Below are positions 53,275 through 63,800 of a stretch of DNA of 64,000 nucleotides, in pieces. Numbering within the stretch: position 1 is the first letter of the stretch; every line of letters begins with the position of its first letter. The notes below the pieces were generated by a model. That model was not told the origin of the DNA and did not search any database. It saw only the letters and a program-made list of their open reading frames with translations. This stretch comes from Nanobdellota archaeon. GTDB lineage: Archaea > Nanobdellota > Nanobdellia > Woesearchaeales > UBA11576. A program made the translations under genes and the position numbers. The DNA is taken from positions 1,786-65,785 of the forward strand of contig JBHPEY010000005.1 in the NCBI GenBank assembly GCA_042576705.1, in the 5' to 3' direction.

Positions 53275-53568
53275 TCAATGCTCGATAACACATTGGGTGT
53301 GAGGTATCCCTGAGATTTCCATGATATTTTCTTCTTTTATCATGTCTTCTTTAAGGAGAAAACCAGTCGATTCTTTACCTACCGCGTTGATTACGTAACA
53401 GGTTTTTATTATCTCTTTGAGCTTATCCTCAGGCATCTCTTCCCCTTTGTAGAACTGGGAATCAAGATTCAGCTGTTTGTCATCTTCTTCAAAGACCTTG
53501 CCTAGAAGTTCAGAGTCGCAGATAGCAAGCATGCGGCCGTTCGGTGTGGGATGGATCTTTACAATCAT
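53275..53568 (-). CDS. DUF424-family protein
   Basis: From the internal ATG 53568: MIVKIHPTPNGRMLAICDSELLGKVFEEDDKQLNL..FYKGEE...NAVGKES...GIPH, the pattern I associate with archaeal DUF424. The longer track ORF overlaps aIF2-beta and was trimmed. Confidence 0.55.
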   Translation of the reverse strand: MIVKIHPTPNGRMLAICDSELLGKVFEEDDKQLNLDSQFYKGEEMPEDKLKEIIKTCYVINAVGKESTGFLLKEDMIKEENIMEISGIPHTQCVIEH

Positions 53569-53576
53569 TCTCTTTT

Positions 53577-53996
53577 TCAGTTTGTCTTTGCTTTGAGAGA
53601 CTTCACCTGATGCTTTGAACCGCAGGCCTGGCACTTCATGAATGAGAGTTCCCCTTCTGACAGGATCTTTGTGTCTGGCTTGCCGCAGTCAGGGCAGAGG
53701 ACATATTCAGAGGCGTATTTCCTAATCTTCTCGTTTATCCTTGAAGCAGGAACCTTTGCGCCCAGCATCAATGCGCTCCTGGTAAGGTTACCGGGCGTTG
53801 CCAACTCCTTTAGGATGTATTTCAGGACATGCTCAGGAGGTCTTCTCAATGCGTCGGTTATAATGAAGAAATTGCTGATCACTGTCTTGTTGCCCTGTAT
53901 GTGTCCCTTGACTTTAGGTATCTCAAAGCGCTCGCTTTCGAAGACAGATTCAGGCATCTCGCTTCTCGCTTTCTTGAGCATTTTTGAATAATCCAT
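53577..53996 (-). CDS. eif2b: Translation initiation factor aIF2 beta subunit
   Basis: RFEIPKVKGHIQGNKTVISNF, RPPEHVLKYILKELAT, and the C4 Zn ribbon YVLCPDCGKPDT...CQACG. Confidence 0.9.
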   Translation of the reverse strand: MDYSKMLKKARSEMPESVFESERFEIPKVKGHIQGNKTVISNFFIITDALRRPPEHVLKYILKELATPGNLTRSALMLGAKVPASRINEKIRKYASEYVLCPDCGKPDTKILSEGELSFMKCQACGSKHQVKSLKAKTN

Positions 53997-54084
53997 GTTC
54001 CAAAGGAAAAGAAGCCCCTATTTAAATCATGCGCTTCAAAACGTCGAAGAAAGATTTAAATAGTTTATAAACCGGGATGGATGC

Positions 54085-54945
54085 ATGGTTCTTGAGTCAA
54101 TGATAAGGCCGATAAAGGCTGTGAAAAAACCCTGGGAACTTTTCTTTTACGGTATACTTATAGCATCAGTCGGCGTCTTCCTCGGCTATTGGATATTCCG
54201 GGACAAAGCAGATCTTGTCATGATATTCCTGACAACATTCGCATGCGTGCCGCTCATGTTCCATACCATACGAAGGGAAGAAAGAGAGGATATCCGACTT
54301 GACAAAGAGACGAGCATGCTCAAAAGACACAGCAGGGTACTGCTGTTCTATACCTTCCTGTTCCTTGGGATGATGGTGGCATACGTGCTCTGGTATGTGG
54401 TGCTTCCAACAGAGATGTCACAGACAATATTCAGGCAGCAGATAACAACAATAGCCCAGATAAACTCACCTGTCTCAGGGCATATTGTCGGTAATGCAAC
54501 AACAACGTCATTGTTCAACAGAATATTCTTCAATAACATCAAGGTGATGATATTCTGCGTGCTGTTCTCGTTTTTCTACGGAGCTGGAGCGATATTCATC
54601 CTGGCATGGAATGCTTCTGTTGTAGCGGCTGCGACAGGGAACCTGATAAAACTGGGACTCGCAAAGTACGCTGCAGCAGGCGGCCTTACCAAGATGGCTG
54701 CGGTCACGCAGACTGTCGCTTATTCATTCTCGCGATACATGTTCCACGGCCTGGCAGAGATGGCGGCTTACATGGTCGCTGGTCTAGCAGGTGGGATAAT
54801 ATCGGTGGCAGTGATAAACCATGATTTCAAGACAGATAATTTCCAGAAGATAATACTCGACGCGTCAACACTGATGATAATAGCGATGACAATACTATTT
54901 GCAGCAGCCCTAATCGAGTCTTATGTCACGCCTGTCTTTTTCTGA
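54085..54945 (+). CDS. SpoIIM/DUF95-like integral membrane protein
   Basis: FFNNIKVMIFCVLFSFFYGAGAIFILAWNASVVAAA and FHGLAEMAAYMVAGLAGG fit the stage-II-sporulation-M-like family pattern. About 6 TM helices. Confidence 0.55.
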   Translation: MVLESMIRPIKAVKKPWELFFYGILIASVGVFLGYWIFRDKADLVMIFLTTFACVPLMFHTIRREEREDIRLDKETSMLKRHSRVLLFYTFLFLGMMVAYVLWYVVLPTEMSQTIFRQQITTIAQINSPVSGHIVGNATTTSLFNRIFFNNIKVMIFCVLFSFFYGAGAIFILAWNASVVAAATGNLIKLGLAKYAAAGGLTKMAAVTQTVAYSFSRYMFHGLAEMAAYMVAGLAGGIISVAVINHDFKTDNFQKIILDASTLMIIAMTILFAAALIESYVTPVFF

Positions 54946-54998
54946 TACTCGGAGAATTCCATACTACGATCTTGAGGTCGGGGAGTAGGTCATACTGC

Positions 54999-55667
54999 TC
55001 ATTCCAGGACCTTGTATCTTCCAGGCTTTACCTCGAAGATGTCTCCCTGTTCAAGAAGCCGCTTGACGTGTTCTTCAGGGTCTGTACTTCCGAATTTCAC
55101 AGAGATATCCTCGAAGCCTGCGCCAGAGCCGTCATCCAGGTCCTTGATTATGTTGATCAGCCTTGATGTTGGGTTTGATTCTTCAGCCAAGTCTTCTGTC
55201 TCGACAGACAGCTCTTCAGTCTTAGGGCTTTTGTCTTCTGCTGGTTCCTGATGTCTTTGCTGAGCGAGTTCCAGGCGTCTCAATTCAACCCATTTAGGGT
55301 CAGTCACATTTTTCATGACTTCGGGGACCACATACCGTTCAGCACCGAATTCTCTTGGTCTTCCTATGACCAAGACGATATTCCCGACTTCAATACCTTT
55401 TCCATGCTCAAAGAATCTTAATGATATCCTGCCGGTATTGTCATCCAGCACAAAATTCTGCGATGATGTATTCCCTTCCTGCAGGTCCTTCGAGACAATC
55501 ACCCCGATGATGTTGGCCCTTGAGACCTTCCTTTCGCCAACAGCGATGTAGTTAGGCAGCCAGCCATCTTCCTTGACATACCGGTTGTTGAGAATATCTG
55601 CTACCCTGACCTTATGCGCCACTTGTCTTTTGGACTGTTCTGGTTCTGCCATGTACGGTGGATACAT
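54999..55667 (-). CDS. RPA32/RPA2-like ssDNA-binding protein (OB fold plus C-terminal winged helix)
   Basis: VRVADILNNRYVKEDGWLPNYIAVGERKVSRANIIGVIVSKD...FVLDDNTGRISLRFFE (OB fold), an acidic linker, and a C-terminal wH-like LINIIKDLDDGSGAGFEDI...LLEQGDIFEVKPGRYKVL. Confidence 0.55.
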   Translation of the reverse strand: MYPPYMAEPEQSKRQVAHKVRVADILNNRYVKEDGWLPNYIAVGERKVSRANIIGVIVSKDLQEGNTSSQNFVLDDNTGRISLRFFEHGKGIEVGNIVLVIGRPREFGAERYVVPEVMKNVTDPKWVELRRLELAQQRHQEPAEDKSPKTEELSVETEDLAEESNPTSRLINIIKDLDDGSGAGFEDISVKFGSTDPEEHVKRLLEQGDIFEVKPGRYKVLE

Positions 55668-55717
55668 CGGCCGTATTATTAAATCTTATCGAAATGGCCC
55701 TTTCTTGAGGGGTAATC

Positions 55718-55726
55718 TTTAAATAA
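55718..55726 (+). promoter_or_regulatory. TATA-like box TTTAAATAA
   Basis: Centre about 26 nt upstream of ATG 55748, a leaderless-type spacing. Confidence 0.45.
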
Positions 55727-55747
55727 GCAAAAACCTTCGTCACCAAC

Positions 55748-57049
55748 ATGGTACAGCAGAACCTTGTTGCGTATATCATGTCGCAGCTGCGGCAGGGCAA
55801 GAAGCTTGAGGATGTAAACAGATTCCTTCTTGAAGCAGGGTATGACAAGTCAGCGGTAGAGGGTTCTGTACAGTATGTCATCAACCTGCAGACAAACCCC
55901 GAGATTGCAGAGGAGCAGAGGATACAGCAGCTTTCAGATTACATAAACAAACAGATGCAGGCAGGGTATGGACAGCAGGCAATCGCGAATTTCCTGATAT
56001 CACGAGGTTATCCATATTATGAGGTCAATGTTGCATTGCAGCAGGCAACCCTACCAAAGAAAGAGGTCAAGGTCGAGCATAAGCTGGCTGTCTTTGCAGT
56101 GATTGTCATATTGGTAATGGCGTTGGCAGTGACTGCTATGTATTTCAAGCTCTATACCCTGTTCGGGCAAGCGTTTCCAGAACAGCTGCTGGATGTTGAG
56201 ACAGAAAAGCTCACTACCATAGTGCAACAGGGGGGAGAGCTGTCTTTTCAAGTGAAACTATTGAGCTTCGGATACAACAAACGCTTTGATGTTGAGCTGG
56301 AGTACAAGATAGTTGACAGGGACACTCAAGCAGTGGTGCTTGAGAAAGGGGAGACACTGGCGCTTTCAACTACACTGGAGAATATAGTCACTTTTGATAT
56401 TCCTGATACGATGAAGACCGGGAAGTATGTGCTGAGGGTTGATGCAACATACCAGGAATTTACAGCAACATCAGGATTCATATTTGATGTGTTGTCTGCG
56501 GATATTGCAGAAGAGACACTCAAGGAGATACGCGAGCAGATACCTGTCGAGGAGGAATTGACAGATATACCTGAGCTCGAAGAGAATGTCACAGAACCTG
56601 TCGAGCCTGTAGGGCCACAGGTCGTGCCTGAGCCTATACCCCCTGCACCAAGACCGGGGGTGCCGAAGTTCTTTGAAGGCATGACCAAGAAGCAGGCGTT
56701 CGAGATGGTAAAGGCAGCATCTGTCAGGGAGCCTAACAAGGCTGTGGCCATGTGCAACGAGTTCGAGCTGCCCGGTAATCTCCAGGGCTGTTTCATGACG
56801 CTAGCAAGCTTCAAGAAGGATGCGAATTTCTGCAGGGATATCGAGGAAGAAAGGGCCAGAGATTCCTGTTACATGCAGGCAATATTAGAGACAAAGCAAT
56901 TTGACCTGTGCGACAAGATAACAAACCAGCATGTCAAGCAATCCTGCGAGGTAGTGTCCGCCACAGAAGAAGCGCAGAAGGCAGCCGACGCAGGTAATAT
57001 GGAGGATGCGCAGTTCATATTACAGACAATCCCCTTAACTGGTGGCTGA
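55748..57049 (+). CDS. Single-pass membrane protein: two copies of a small cytoplasmic N-terminal motif, TM, beta-rich and Cys-repeat ectodomain
   Basis: LVAYIMSQLRQGKKLEDVNRFLLEAGYDKSAVEGSVQYV and LSDYINKQMQAGYGQQAIANFLISRGYPYYEVNVALQQ (duplicated motif). TM: LAVFAVIVILVMALAVTAMYF. The C-terminus has MCNEFELPGNLQGC, FCRDIEEERARDSC and LCDKITNQHVKQSC. Confidence 0.6.
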   Translation: MVQQNLVAYIMSQLRQGKKLEDVNRFLLEAGYDKSAVEGSVQYVINLQTNPEIAEEQRIQQLSDYINKQMQAGYGQQAIANFLISRGYPYYEVNVALQQATLPKKEVKVEHKLAVFAVIVILVMALAVTAMYFKLYTLFGQAFPEQLLDVETEKLTTIVQQGGELSFQVKLLSFGYNKRFDVELEYKIVDRDTQAVVLEKGETLALSTTLENIVTFDIPDTMKTGKYVLRVDATYQEFTATSGFIFDVLSADIAEETLKEIREQIPVEEELTDIPELEENVTEPVEPVGPQVVPEPIPPAPRPGVPKFFEGMTKKQAFEMVKAASVREPNKAVAMCNEFELPGNLQGCFMTLASFKKDANFCRDIEEERARDSCYMQAILETKQFDLCDKITNQHVKQSCEVVSATEEAQKAADAGNMEDAQFILQTIPLTGG

Positions 57050-59485
57050 ATCGATGAATCTCGGATTCAGTTGGGCCCTGTGGGATTCATAGAATACCTG
57101 CATCTCTTCTGTCTCGTTCATATCATTGAAACATCTTGGCATGGGCGTACTCAAAACATAGAACTCAACTGTGTCACCGCCCGCAAGATCCTCTTTTGAC
57201 ACGACCCAGGGGAAGCTTTCATTTATCTCTATTCCCCCAAGATTGACAGGTTTCATGGTTATGTTCTCCTCTGGAATGAATACATCCACGTCGCAACTCC
57301 CGCAGGTATGACATGACCAGATTCCTGCAGTCAAGACCCCTGTCAGAGCCGAGTATTCAGAGCATCTATCCTCATAGTCATAGGGGTACCATCTACACAT
57401 CTTTTCACAGTTGTCTGTCGTGCATTCCTCACATATGTGTGAACAGTTCTCTGGAAAAACCGTGCCATCTGTATCCAGATACTGCGCCTTGATAGTATAT
57501 ATCCCAGGCACCAGATCTACTGTCAGGAAATACGGGTCTGTCAAGGACGCGTTGCCATAGATGACCAATGTTTTTGTAAATGGCTGCACATAAGAGGGGT
57601 CGTCAATCTTCCTTATGTTCATTATGATCTGATCTGACCCGTTGAATTCTAAAAGCGTGCTGTTCCACACCAGCCATTTGTCTATTTCAGACCTCTCTAT
57701 CTCTTCATTCTCCAGGATTACTGTCCTGTTGAGGCGGAATTTCTTCAGTGATATGCTCTTTGTCACCAATGGTTCCAGCATCACGTCAAATTCAAGCTCT
57801 GTATCGACCTCTGTCGTCAGCTTTGCTATCACTTTTTCCCTGAATCCGTCTTTGGACAGCTTGAGGTATCCCCCGCCGACACAAATCGGCAGTTGAGTCA
57901 CCAGCTCACTTGTGTCTGAATCAAGGTCGTATGTGGTCTCTCCTATCGAGCAGGCCCTGTGAGACCCGCAGCCAAACCTGACCTGCACACCATCCAGGGG
58001 ATTTTCTGCTGTGCTGTTGAATGACCTTATGGTTACGTTACCGCTCACCCTCTGTTTCGGCCTGCAGAAAAGGCTTTTTGTTATGTTTCCGCTTACGTGG
58101 GGTATATTGGCTGCTTCCTCATTCATCATCGCCTCGGCTTTTGTATTTAGGAGCATCTTGGACCTGTCAAAAGGCCCCATGGTGCCATTGCCTGCCATCC
58201 ATTTCTTTATTGCCCTGTTGTCCCTGATGTTCGCCTCCAATGCAAAGTAGAATGAGTATGGTCTTCCAAAAAGCACATCCTCTTTCCTGAGCTCAACAAT
58301 GATAGGCACAGACACATCATAGAAGTATTCGTATATATTCTCCTCTGTGGGATTGCCGAACGAAAGACCCATCATGCTTATCTCTCTCACTTTCACTTCA
58401 GTAGGCCCTGTCGACTCACCGTCAGGGTTCATGTGCAGGTAGATGGGCTGGCCGAAGTAGAGGAAGGTCACGGTGTAATTATCATAGCCTGTCTCCAGGA
58501 CATCCTTATAGAACAGGGAATAATAGGCCTGTTTTGCCGGATCTTCTTCTATCGTGTATTGTTGTCTGCCGTTCTTGGTGTTCTTCAGCTGTATAAGCGG
58601 GGTGTAGACTCCAATAATGTCCATGATATTCTGCTTTACAATGGATCTGATCCAGACCTTCTTGGATGCTCCGAATTCCCGCGCAAAGAAAGGGGGGAGT
58701 CTGTTTGAGTCTGATGAGGAGTAGCTGCTCAGAAGATATATGATGATCTCTTCCAGGAAATTCTCTTCCACTTCAGCAGCGGTTATCGCTCTTGCGAGCT
58801 CGTAGAACTCTATAAACTTGAGAGGGATCTTTACGTAGAACCTGTCCAGTTCTGTTGTCCTGCTGTCCATAGTTATATTGACAGGGTAATTAGCGAATAT
58901 CGAGATGTCCTCTTTCGCAATCTTGACATCAACCTTGGGCTCTGCCTTCTCTTCAACTTCAAATCCCTGCTTTTCAAATCCCCTGAAATCATCAAGGCAT
59001 CTTTCCAACTCCCTGCTGATATACCTTTCCATCTGCAGCTCTATATTCTCAAGAGAGGGAGAGTTCTGGTCGCTCAACAGGCAGTTCCAGCAGTTGTTCT
59101 TCGTCGCCATATGCCACCAATAAGCCACATGCGTCGACTCATCCATCAGGAAGGTGACACCATCTGCCTCTGTAGGGTCAAACAGGTCTATGTTGAACTC
59201 CCTTCCGGAGATATCCTCGTCAAGCATGTCTATGTACCCGCCGTGCTGCCCTGCCTTGTATATCCCTTCTTCAGCAACCTGGGTTATACACGACCTTATG
59301 AACGTGTCTATAGGCTTGACTTCTGCAGGAGCCTCTTCAATCGCTTCACCTATCTCCTGCGATAGGACATCCTCCTTGTCAAAATAGATGAAGTACAATG
59401 TAACCAGTGCTGTTCCAAGTATGACTATACCTAATATTATGAAAATCGTGAGCTGTGCTTTTTTCCCAGTATGTATTGCATTCAT
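57035..59485 (-). CDS. 816-aa extracytoplasmic protein with N-terminal anchor / possible class III (prepilin-like) signal peptide
   Basis: The true start is probably ATG 59485 (MNAIHTGKKAQLTIFIILGIVILGTALV...), overlapping the upstream stop as ATGA (59482-59485). The 135 codons upstream in the track ORF overlap the 263-aa gene and look non-coding. The C-terminal region is Cys-rich (CSHICEECTTDNCEKMC, CHTCGSCD). Confidence 0.7.
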   Translation of the reverse strand: MNAIHTGKKAQLTIFIILGIVILGTALVTLYFIYFDKEDVLSQEIGEAIEEAPAEVKPIDTFIRSCITQVAEEGIYKAGQHGGYIDMLDEDISGREFNIDLFDPTEADGVTFLMDESTHVAYWWHMATKNNCWNCLLSDQNSPSLENIELQMERYISRELERCLDDFRGFEKQGFEVEEKAEPKVDVKIAKEDISIFANYPVNITMDSRTTELDRFYVKIPLKFIEFYELARAITAAEVEENFLEEIIIYLLSSYSSSDSNRLPPFFAREFGASKKVWIRSIVKQNIMDIIGVYTPLIQLKNTKNGRQQYTIEEDPAKQAYYSLFYKDVLETGYDNYTVTFLYFGQPIYLHMNPDGESTGPTEVKVREISMMGLSFGNPTEENIYEYFYDVSVPIIVELRKEDVLFGRPYSFYFALEANIRDNRAIKKWMAGNGTMGPFDRSKMLLNTKAEAMMNEEAANIPHVSGNITKSLFCRPKQRVSGNVTIRSFNSTAENPLDGVQVRFGCGSHRACSIGETTYDLDSDTSELVTQLPICVGGGYLKLSKDGFREKVIAKLTTEVDTELEFDVMLEPLVTKSISLKKFRLNRTVILENEEIERSEIDKWLVWNSTLLEFNGSDQIIMNIRKIDDPSYVQPFTKTLVIYGNASLTDPYFLTVDLVPGIYTIKAQYLDTDGTVFPENCSHICEECTTDNCEKMCRWYPYDYEDRCSEYSALTGVLTAGIWSCHTCGSCDVDVFIPEENITMKPVNLGGIEINESFPWVVSKEDLAGGDTVEFYVLSTPMPRCFNDMNETEEMQVFYESHRAQLNPRFIDSATS

Positions 59486-60273
59486 TTTGTTCTCAATGAT
59501 ATGTAAAAATATATCCTGGATGCGTGGATGCCTGCCAAAAAGACCAAGAGCGACGGGATGAACATGATGACTGCGCTGACAGCGATGCCGAGCAACACGA
59601 TGTTGCAGAGCAGTACCAGCCAGACAAGAACCAGCAGGTAGTTGAGGAGGCTTCTCAGCGAAAAGACTTCCCTGACTGAACGCATGTTGACCCATAATGT
59701 CTTGTCTGGGTCGAAAAAGACATACGCGACCATCAGGACAAAGTGGATTAGGGCAAGCTCTATCACGAGCAGATACGCGTTGATCGGCGTCTTGGTCAAT
59801 ACTACAGTCAGTATCATCACGACGATGCAGGCACACAACAGACAGATTGTCAATGCTGCAAACTTCCAGACATATTGCCAGCTGAAACACTTCCTGCTTA
59901 TCCTGCTCCAGATGAAACCCTTGAACACTGACGCAATCGATGCTGTGAGAAGGAAAATGAATATTGCGTAGGAAGATATGCTTATTTTCATGTCCTCCAA
60001 TTGCCTGCTGATGCCCTCAACCTCTGCCCGCACGTTTGCGGACAGCTCATTGCCCAGGACCTGCTGCTTGATTTCCAGCAGACGAGGGGCGATGTCGACA
60101 AAGCCCTCAAGCATCTTTCCCACAACAGCAATGCTGATGAGGATGATCATAGCCAGGATAAAGAGCAATGCAATATCTGTAAGGATGCAATAGAGGGAAT
60201 CTTTCTTCCAGAAGGCCGAAGATACCCTGCCCATACGCTCCTTTATCCTGCCCTTGCTTTTTTTTTTCTTCAT
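59482..60273 (-). CDS. Polytopic membrane protein (263 aa), unknown function
   Basis: Lys-rich N-terminus MKKKKSKGRIKER, about 6 TM helices, and a coiled segment between TM1 and TM2. ATGA overlaps at both ends (60270-60273 and 59482-59485). Confidence 0.65.
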   Translation of the reverse strand: MKKKKSKGRIKERMGRVSSAFWKKDSLYCILTDIALLFILAMIILISIAVVGKMLEGFVDIAPRLLEIKQQVLGNELSANVRAEVEGISRQLEDMKISISSYAIFIFLLTASIASVFKGFIWSRISRKCFSWQYVWKFAALTICLLCACIVVMILTVVLTKTPINAYLLVIELALIHFVLMVAYVFFDPDKTLWVNMRSVREVFSLRSLLNYLLVLVWLVLLCNIVLLGIAVSAVIMFIPSLLVFLAGIHASRIYFYISLRTK

Positions 60274-60803
60274 TCTACGAATATGGCCTCCAATACAAGG
60301 CTCTTTGCACTGACTGACATGACTGCTTTAGTCATGGTCTCGTTGGATTCAACAGCAGCATAGCCATCGTAGCCTGTGAAAGGTGTGGCAGAGGCTGACT
60401 CCACAAGCCAGGTTGTCCCATCATCATAGTAAGCTATGATCTCGTACTGCAGTGATTCAGCAACCGGCTGGAGATACCAGGAGATAGCGTATACTTTCGT
60501 GTCTGCCGGGAGGATGTCCTCGCCTTCTTCAAGGATTATCACCTCTGCCTGCAGTGTGGCGGTATAGTCCAGTGAGGTGATATCATGCATTGCTGTCGAG
60601 GAGGTCTCTCCACCCATAGACTGTTGTTCATCCCTGGTTCCACCCCAGCTGCTGCAGAAATCAATCTCCCAGTCTGACACATCATACCAGCCAAGGTCGA
60701 CGTCAATGACGCCCGGATCATTGCTGGCAATGACAAGCCCTGCAAGTACAAGGATGCCTGCCAGGCCACACCATGATATCTTTTTACCTATCATATTCAT
60801 CAC
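60270..60803 (-). CDS. Small secreted beta-rich protein (177 aa)
   Basis: Signal-like N-terminus MNMIGKKISWCGLAGILVLAGLVIAS. The start overlaps the upstream stop (GTGATG context at 60798-60803). Confidence 0.6.
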   Translation of the reverse strand: MMNMIGKKISWCGLAGILVLAGLVIASNDPGVIDVDLGWYDVSDWEIDFCSSWGGTRDEQQSMGGETSSTAMHDITSLDYTATLQAEVIILEEGEDILPADTKVYAISWYLQPVAESLQYEIIAYYDDGTTWLVESASATPFTGYDGYAAVESNETMTKAVMSVSAKSLVLEAIFVE

Positions 60804-63800
60804 TCAGTACTGCAAAAATCAGGATCCTCCAGATCCCTTGAATACCTGTTGAGATCCAAAGGGTCGAGCATCAAATCTGCCATCTTACCCATCTCAAGCC
60901 AGATACCTGCGCTAAGGATACCTCCGCAGGCGACACCCATTGGCTGAGCGCCTGGATAACAACGTGCGCTTATAGGATCTAACACAGGCAAAAAAAGGTA
61001 AGGACACCCTAGTATAACAAGTGATGCTAGTGAGCCGAATTCCACGGCGCTGCGAAAGAACAATTCACTCAGCGCCTGGATCCACAAGAAGTATTTTCCC
61101 CAGCCTATTGCCTTTATCGGCGCACTTTCTATGTATATGCACTCCCTTATCTTGTGCAGCTCATCGCAGACATCTGTTGAGAATCCTGCAGCCGCCCTGT
61201 CGAGAATGCACTTCCTGTAGAGGCATTTCAGCTGCCTAGACTTCTTGTAGTTGTAAAGGATGCCGGGTATGCATACAAAGGCCCATGCAACATCCACTGA
61301 CCTGTAGGGGTCGTAGTTGAATTCTGAAAATGCACTGGCAAAAGGAATGTGCACGGCAGCATTGCGCTCTGGCTCAATATTCTCATCATCAAAATTATAC
61401 CTGTATGAGTTGCCCCTGGCAGCGCCTGTATATGTTATGGATTCTATGAAGTTCGCGCTGTCTATCAATTCACAGGTGTAATACGCGCAAAACAGCCTTA
61501 TGTAGATCCCGGATGCGGCATAGGATGCGGGGATAGTGATCGCTAATATGAATGGATTGTAAGCCCACAGCATCGCTGAATTGGATGCCTGATCCAGACC
61601 CATGCAAATTGCCTGATATGCGCTTGGCCACCACCAGGCCAGCAAGCCTGCTGCAACAGCCTTGATGACCTGCATAGCTATGACCAGCATCTCGATAATC
61701 TGTCCCAATGTGCAGAACGTGCCGAATATCTTGTTGACTATATCCAGAGCATCAATGGTGCTTTCCAGTCCGTCAATCTCTTCATCTATGTCTTCTATCT
61801 TGTCAAATATTGCCTGATCGACGTAACCCAGCGGGAAGTTGTAGAGAGGGATGCCGAACGTGACTGTATCCTCTTCTGGAAGCTCATAGACCTTTGTGCC
61901 TGAGCGGATTATGAAACTGAAGTCGCAGGTCACCACAAGCTCATTCACTGTCAGCGCGTCTTCAATCCCTGCCAGCTGGATCTTTGTACCGATGAGCGCA
62001 GAGGTGAAAGGGACAAGGGAAACTATATCTGTCCCTATTATCGAAGCGTTCTCTGCTGTACAGCTGCCCATTTTCATATCCTGGATCTGCCCTGCAGAGG
62101 TCAAAAAAACCGCGGTGTAAAAGAACGGGTGAGGAAACCCTGAAGCGATCTTCCTGTCAAGCCCATTGCTCGGAAGCTGTGCTGATGTCATCACACTCAC
62201 CACATTTGGCGGTGTCCCTGGAGTGGATTCGCACACTTCCTGGGTGACGCTTGTGGTGTCCCTGTTGCCTGCCCTGTCTATCACTGTGATGTTTATGACA
62301 TCATCTGTGTATATCGTGACAAGATTGTCAATCTCAAAATCGCATAACCACACACCAGACACGTCAGACTCTTCGCAGTCGAACTCCATGGGAAAATTGT
62401 TCGTGCTCAGTCTCGAAGCAGACACCTCTACCTTAACCCCGCCGGAGAGGTGCTCTGACACGTTCATAGCTATCGATATCTCGTCAAGAGCAGTAGGGCA
62501 GATGCTTGAGTTCACGACTGAAATGATCTCTGGCGGTTCAGGATCATAGTAGAAACCCGCAGAGGTAACTCCCCTTATCATGTTCCTTGCGTTATCTGTC
62601 GATCCTGCAGTCACGAATAGCGAGAGGATATCCCCTACAGTCTTGGTCGGGTCAACAACTATGTTGTTGAAATTACACATCCAACCCTCTGTGCAGTTGT
62701 TCGGAAAGAGATTTGTATGGCCTTCAGCGTATGTCTGTTCCCCGAAGCTGCTGAAATCCAGGAACAGTTTCCTGTCGCTGAAACCAGATTCATTCTCTAT
62801 TATATCCACGTAGATTGAGTTGTTGCCTGCCCCTACCCAATATCTTGCGTTATCATCAGCAATACCTGAGCGTATAGAGACGATCTCTGGCTGGGTGTCG
62901 TCATATATCACCGGCAGGATCACCGAACTGTTCATCTTGTTCCCGTTGATGTCCTCTGCGATGATCCTTACTTCTGGAATGAAATCATCAGGAATGATTG
63001 CCAGAATACCTGTCCAGTTGCAGCCGTATAGTCCTGTTGATATGTTATGGCAGCCTCCCTGGAATATGGGATCCGACATCTGCACGTTCTTGTACGCGTC
63101 TGCAAATTCGGGCCTGTAGTTGAGACCTGAGAAGTCTGCTACAATGGTGCTTATGTTCAATCCTTCATCCTCAGAGATGTTCACCTGGATCCTGACATTA
63201 CTTATCGGGTCACCCTGGCTATACTTCAACAGTCGGTTCCCGACCCAGACGCTCGCGCCCAGCAGTGTCGGAAGAGAGAAATCCATTGTCACGTTCTTGC
63301 ACTCCTGCGTTCTCTGTCCAAGCCTGTCAAATATTTCCATGCAGACATTGCGCTCCTGTGTTGTTCCAGGGGCCTGCGGGACATCCAATGTTGTCCAGTT
63401 CTCAACCAGGAGACATTCTGTGCCTTCGGGCAACACTTCACCAACTGTAACATAATCAATAAGGAACGCAACCCGGGAGATTCCTGCACAAGTGTCTTGT
63501 GCGCAGGAACTGCACGCGGTATCTGACGCGCTGTATGTTACGGATATGTTTGATTCGTTCCGCGTCACATAGAATGAATGGATATTTGGAGTATCCCCAT
63601 CAACCATTATCGGAACCACCAGCTGGGGCCCTTCAGGAGAACCGTCCTGCCTGTAGAGCTGCAGGCCATATTGCCGAGGGCCTGGAGGAATATCGCCTGC
63701 TATATTTGTAGTGCAAAAAACAGTTTCGCTGATATTGCCTTGTGAACATTGAAACACCCTTGAAGGGTCACCTATCAATCTGATCTGCAGCGGGGTCACT

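Noticed and set aside
53569-53634. 22-codon N-terminal extension of the DUF424-like ORF overlapping aIF2-beta
   Set aside because: The family-like sequence starts at MIVKIH (ATG 53568), 8 nt after the aIF2-beta stop. The extension would overlap a well-supported gene by 58 nt.
59486-59890. 135-codon N-terminal extension of the 951-aa track ORF
   Set aside because: It fully overlaps the 263-aa polytopic membrane gene in another frame, and its translation (R/H/C/Q-rich) looks non-coding. The internal ATG at 59485 gives a signal-anchor N-terminus and an ATGA overlap with the upstream stop.
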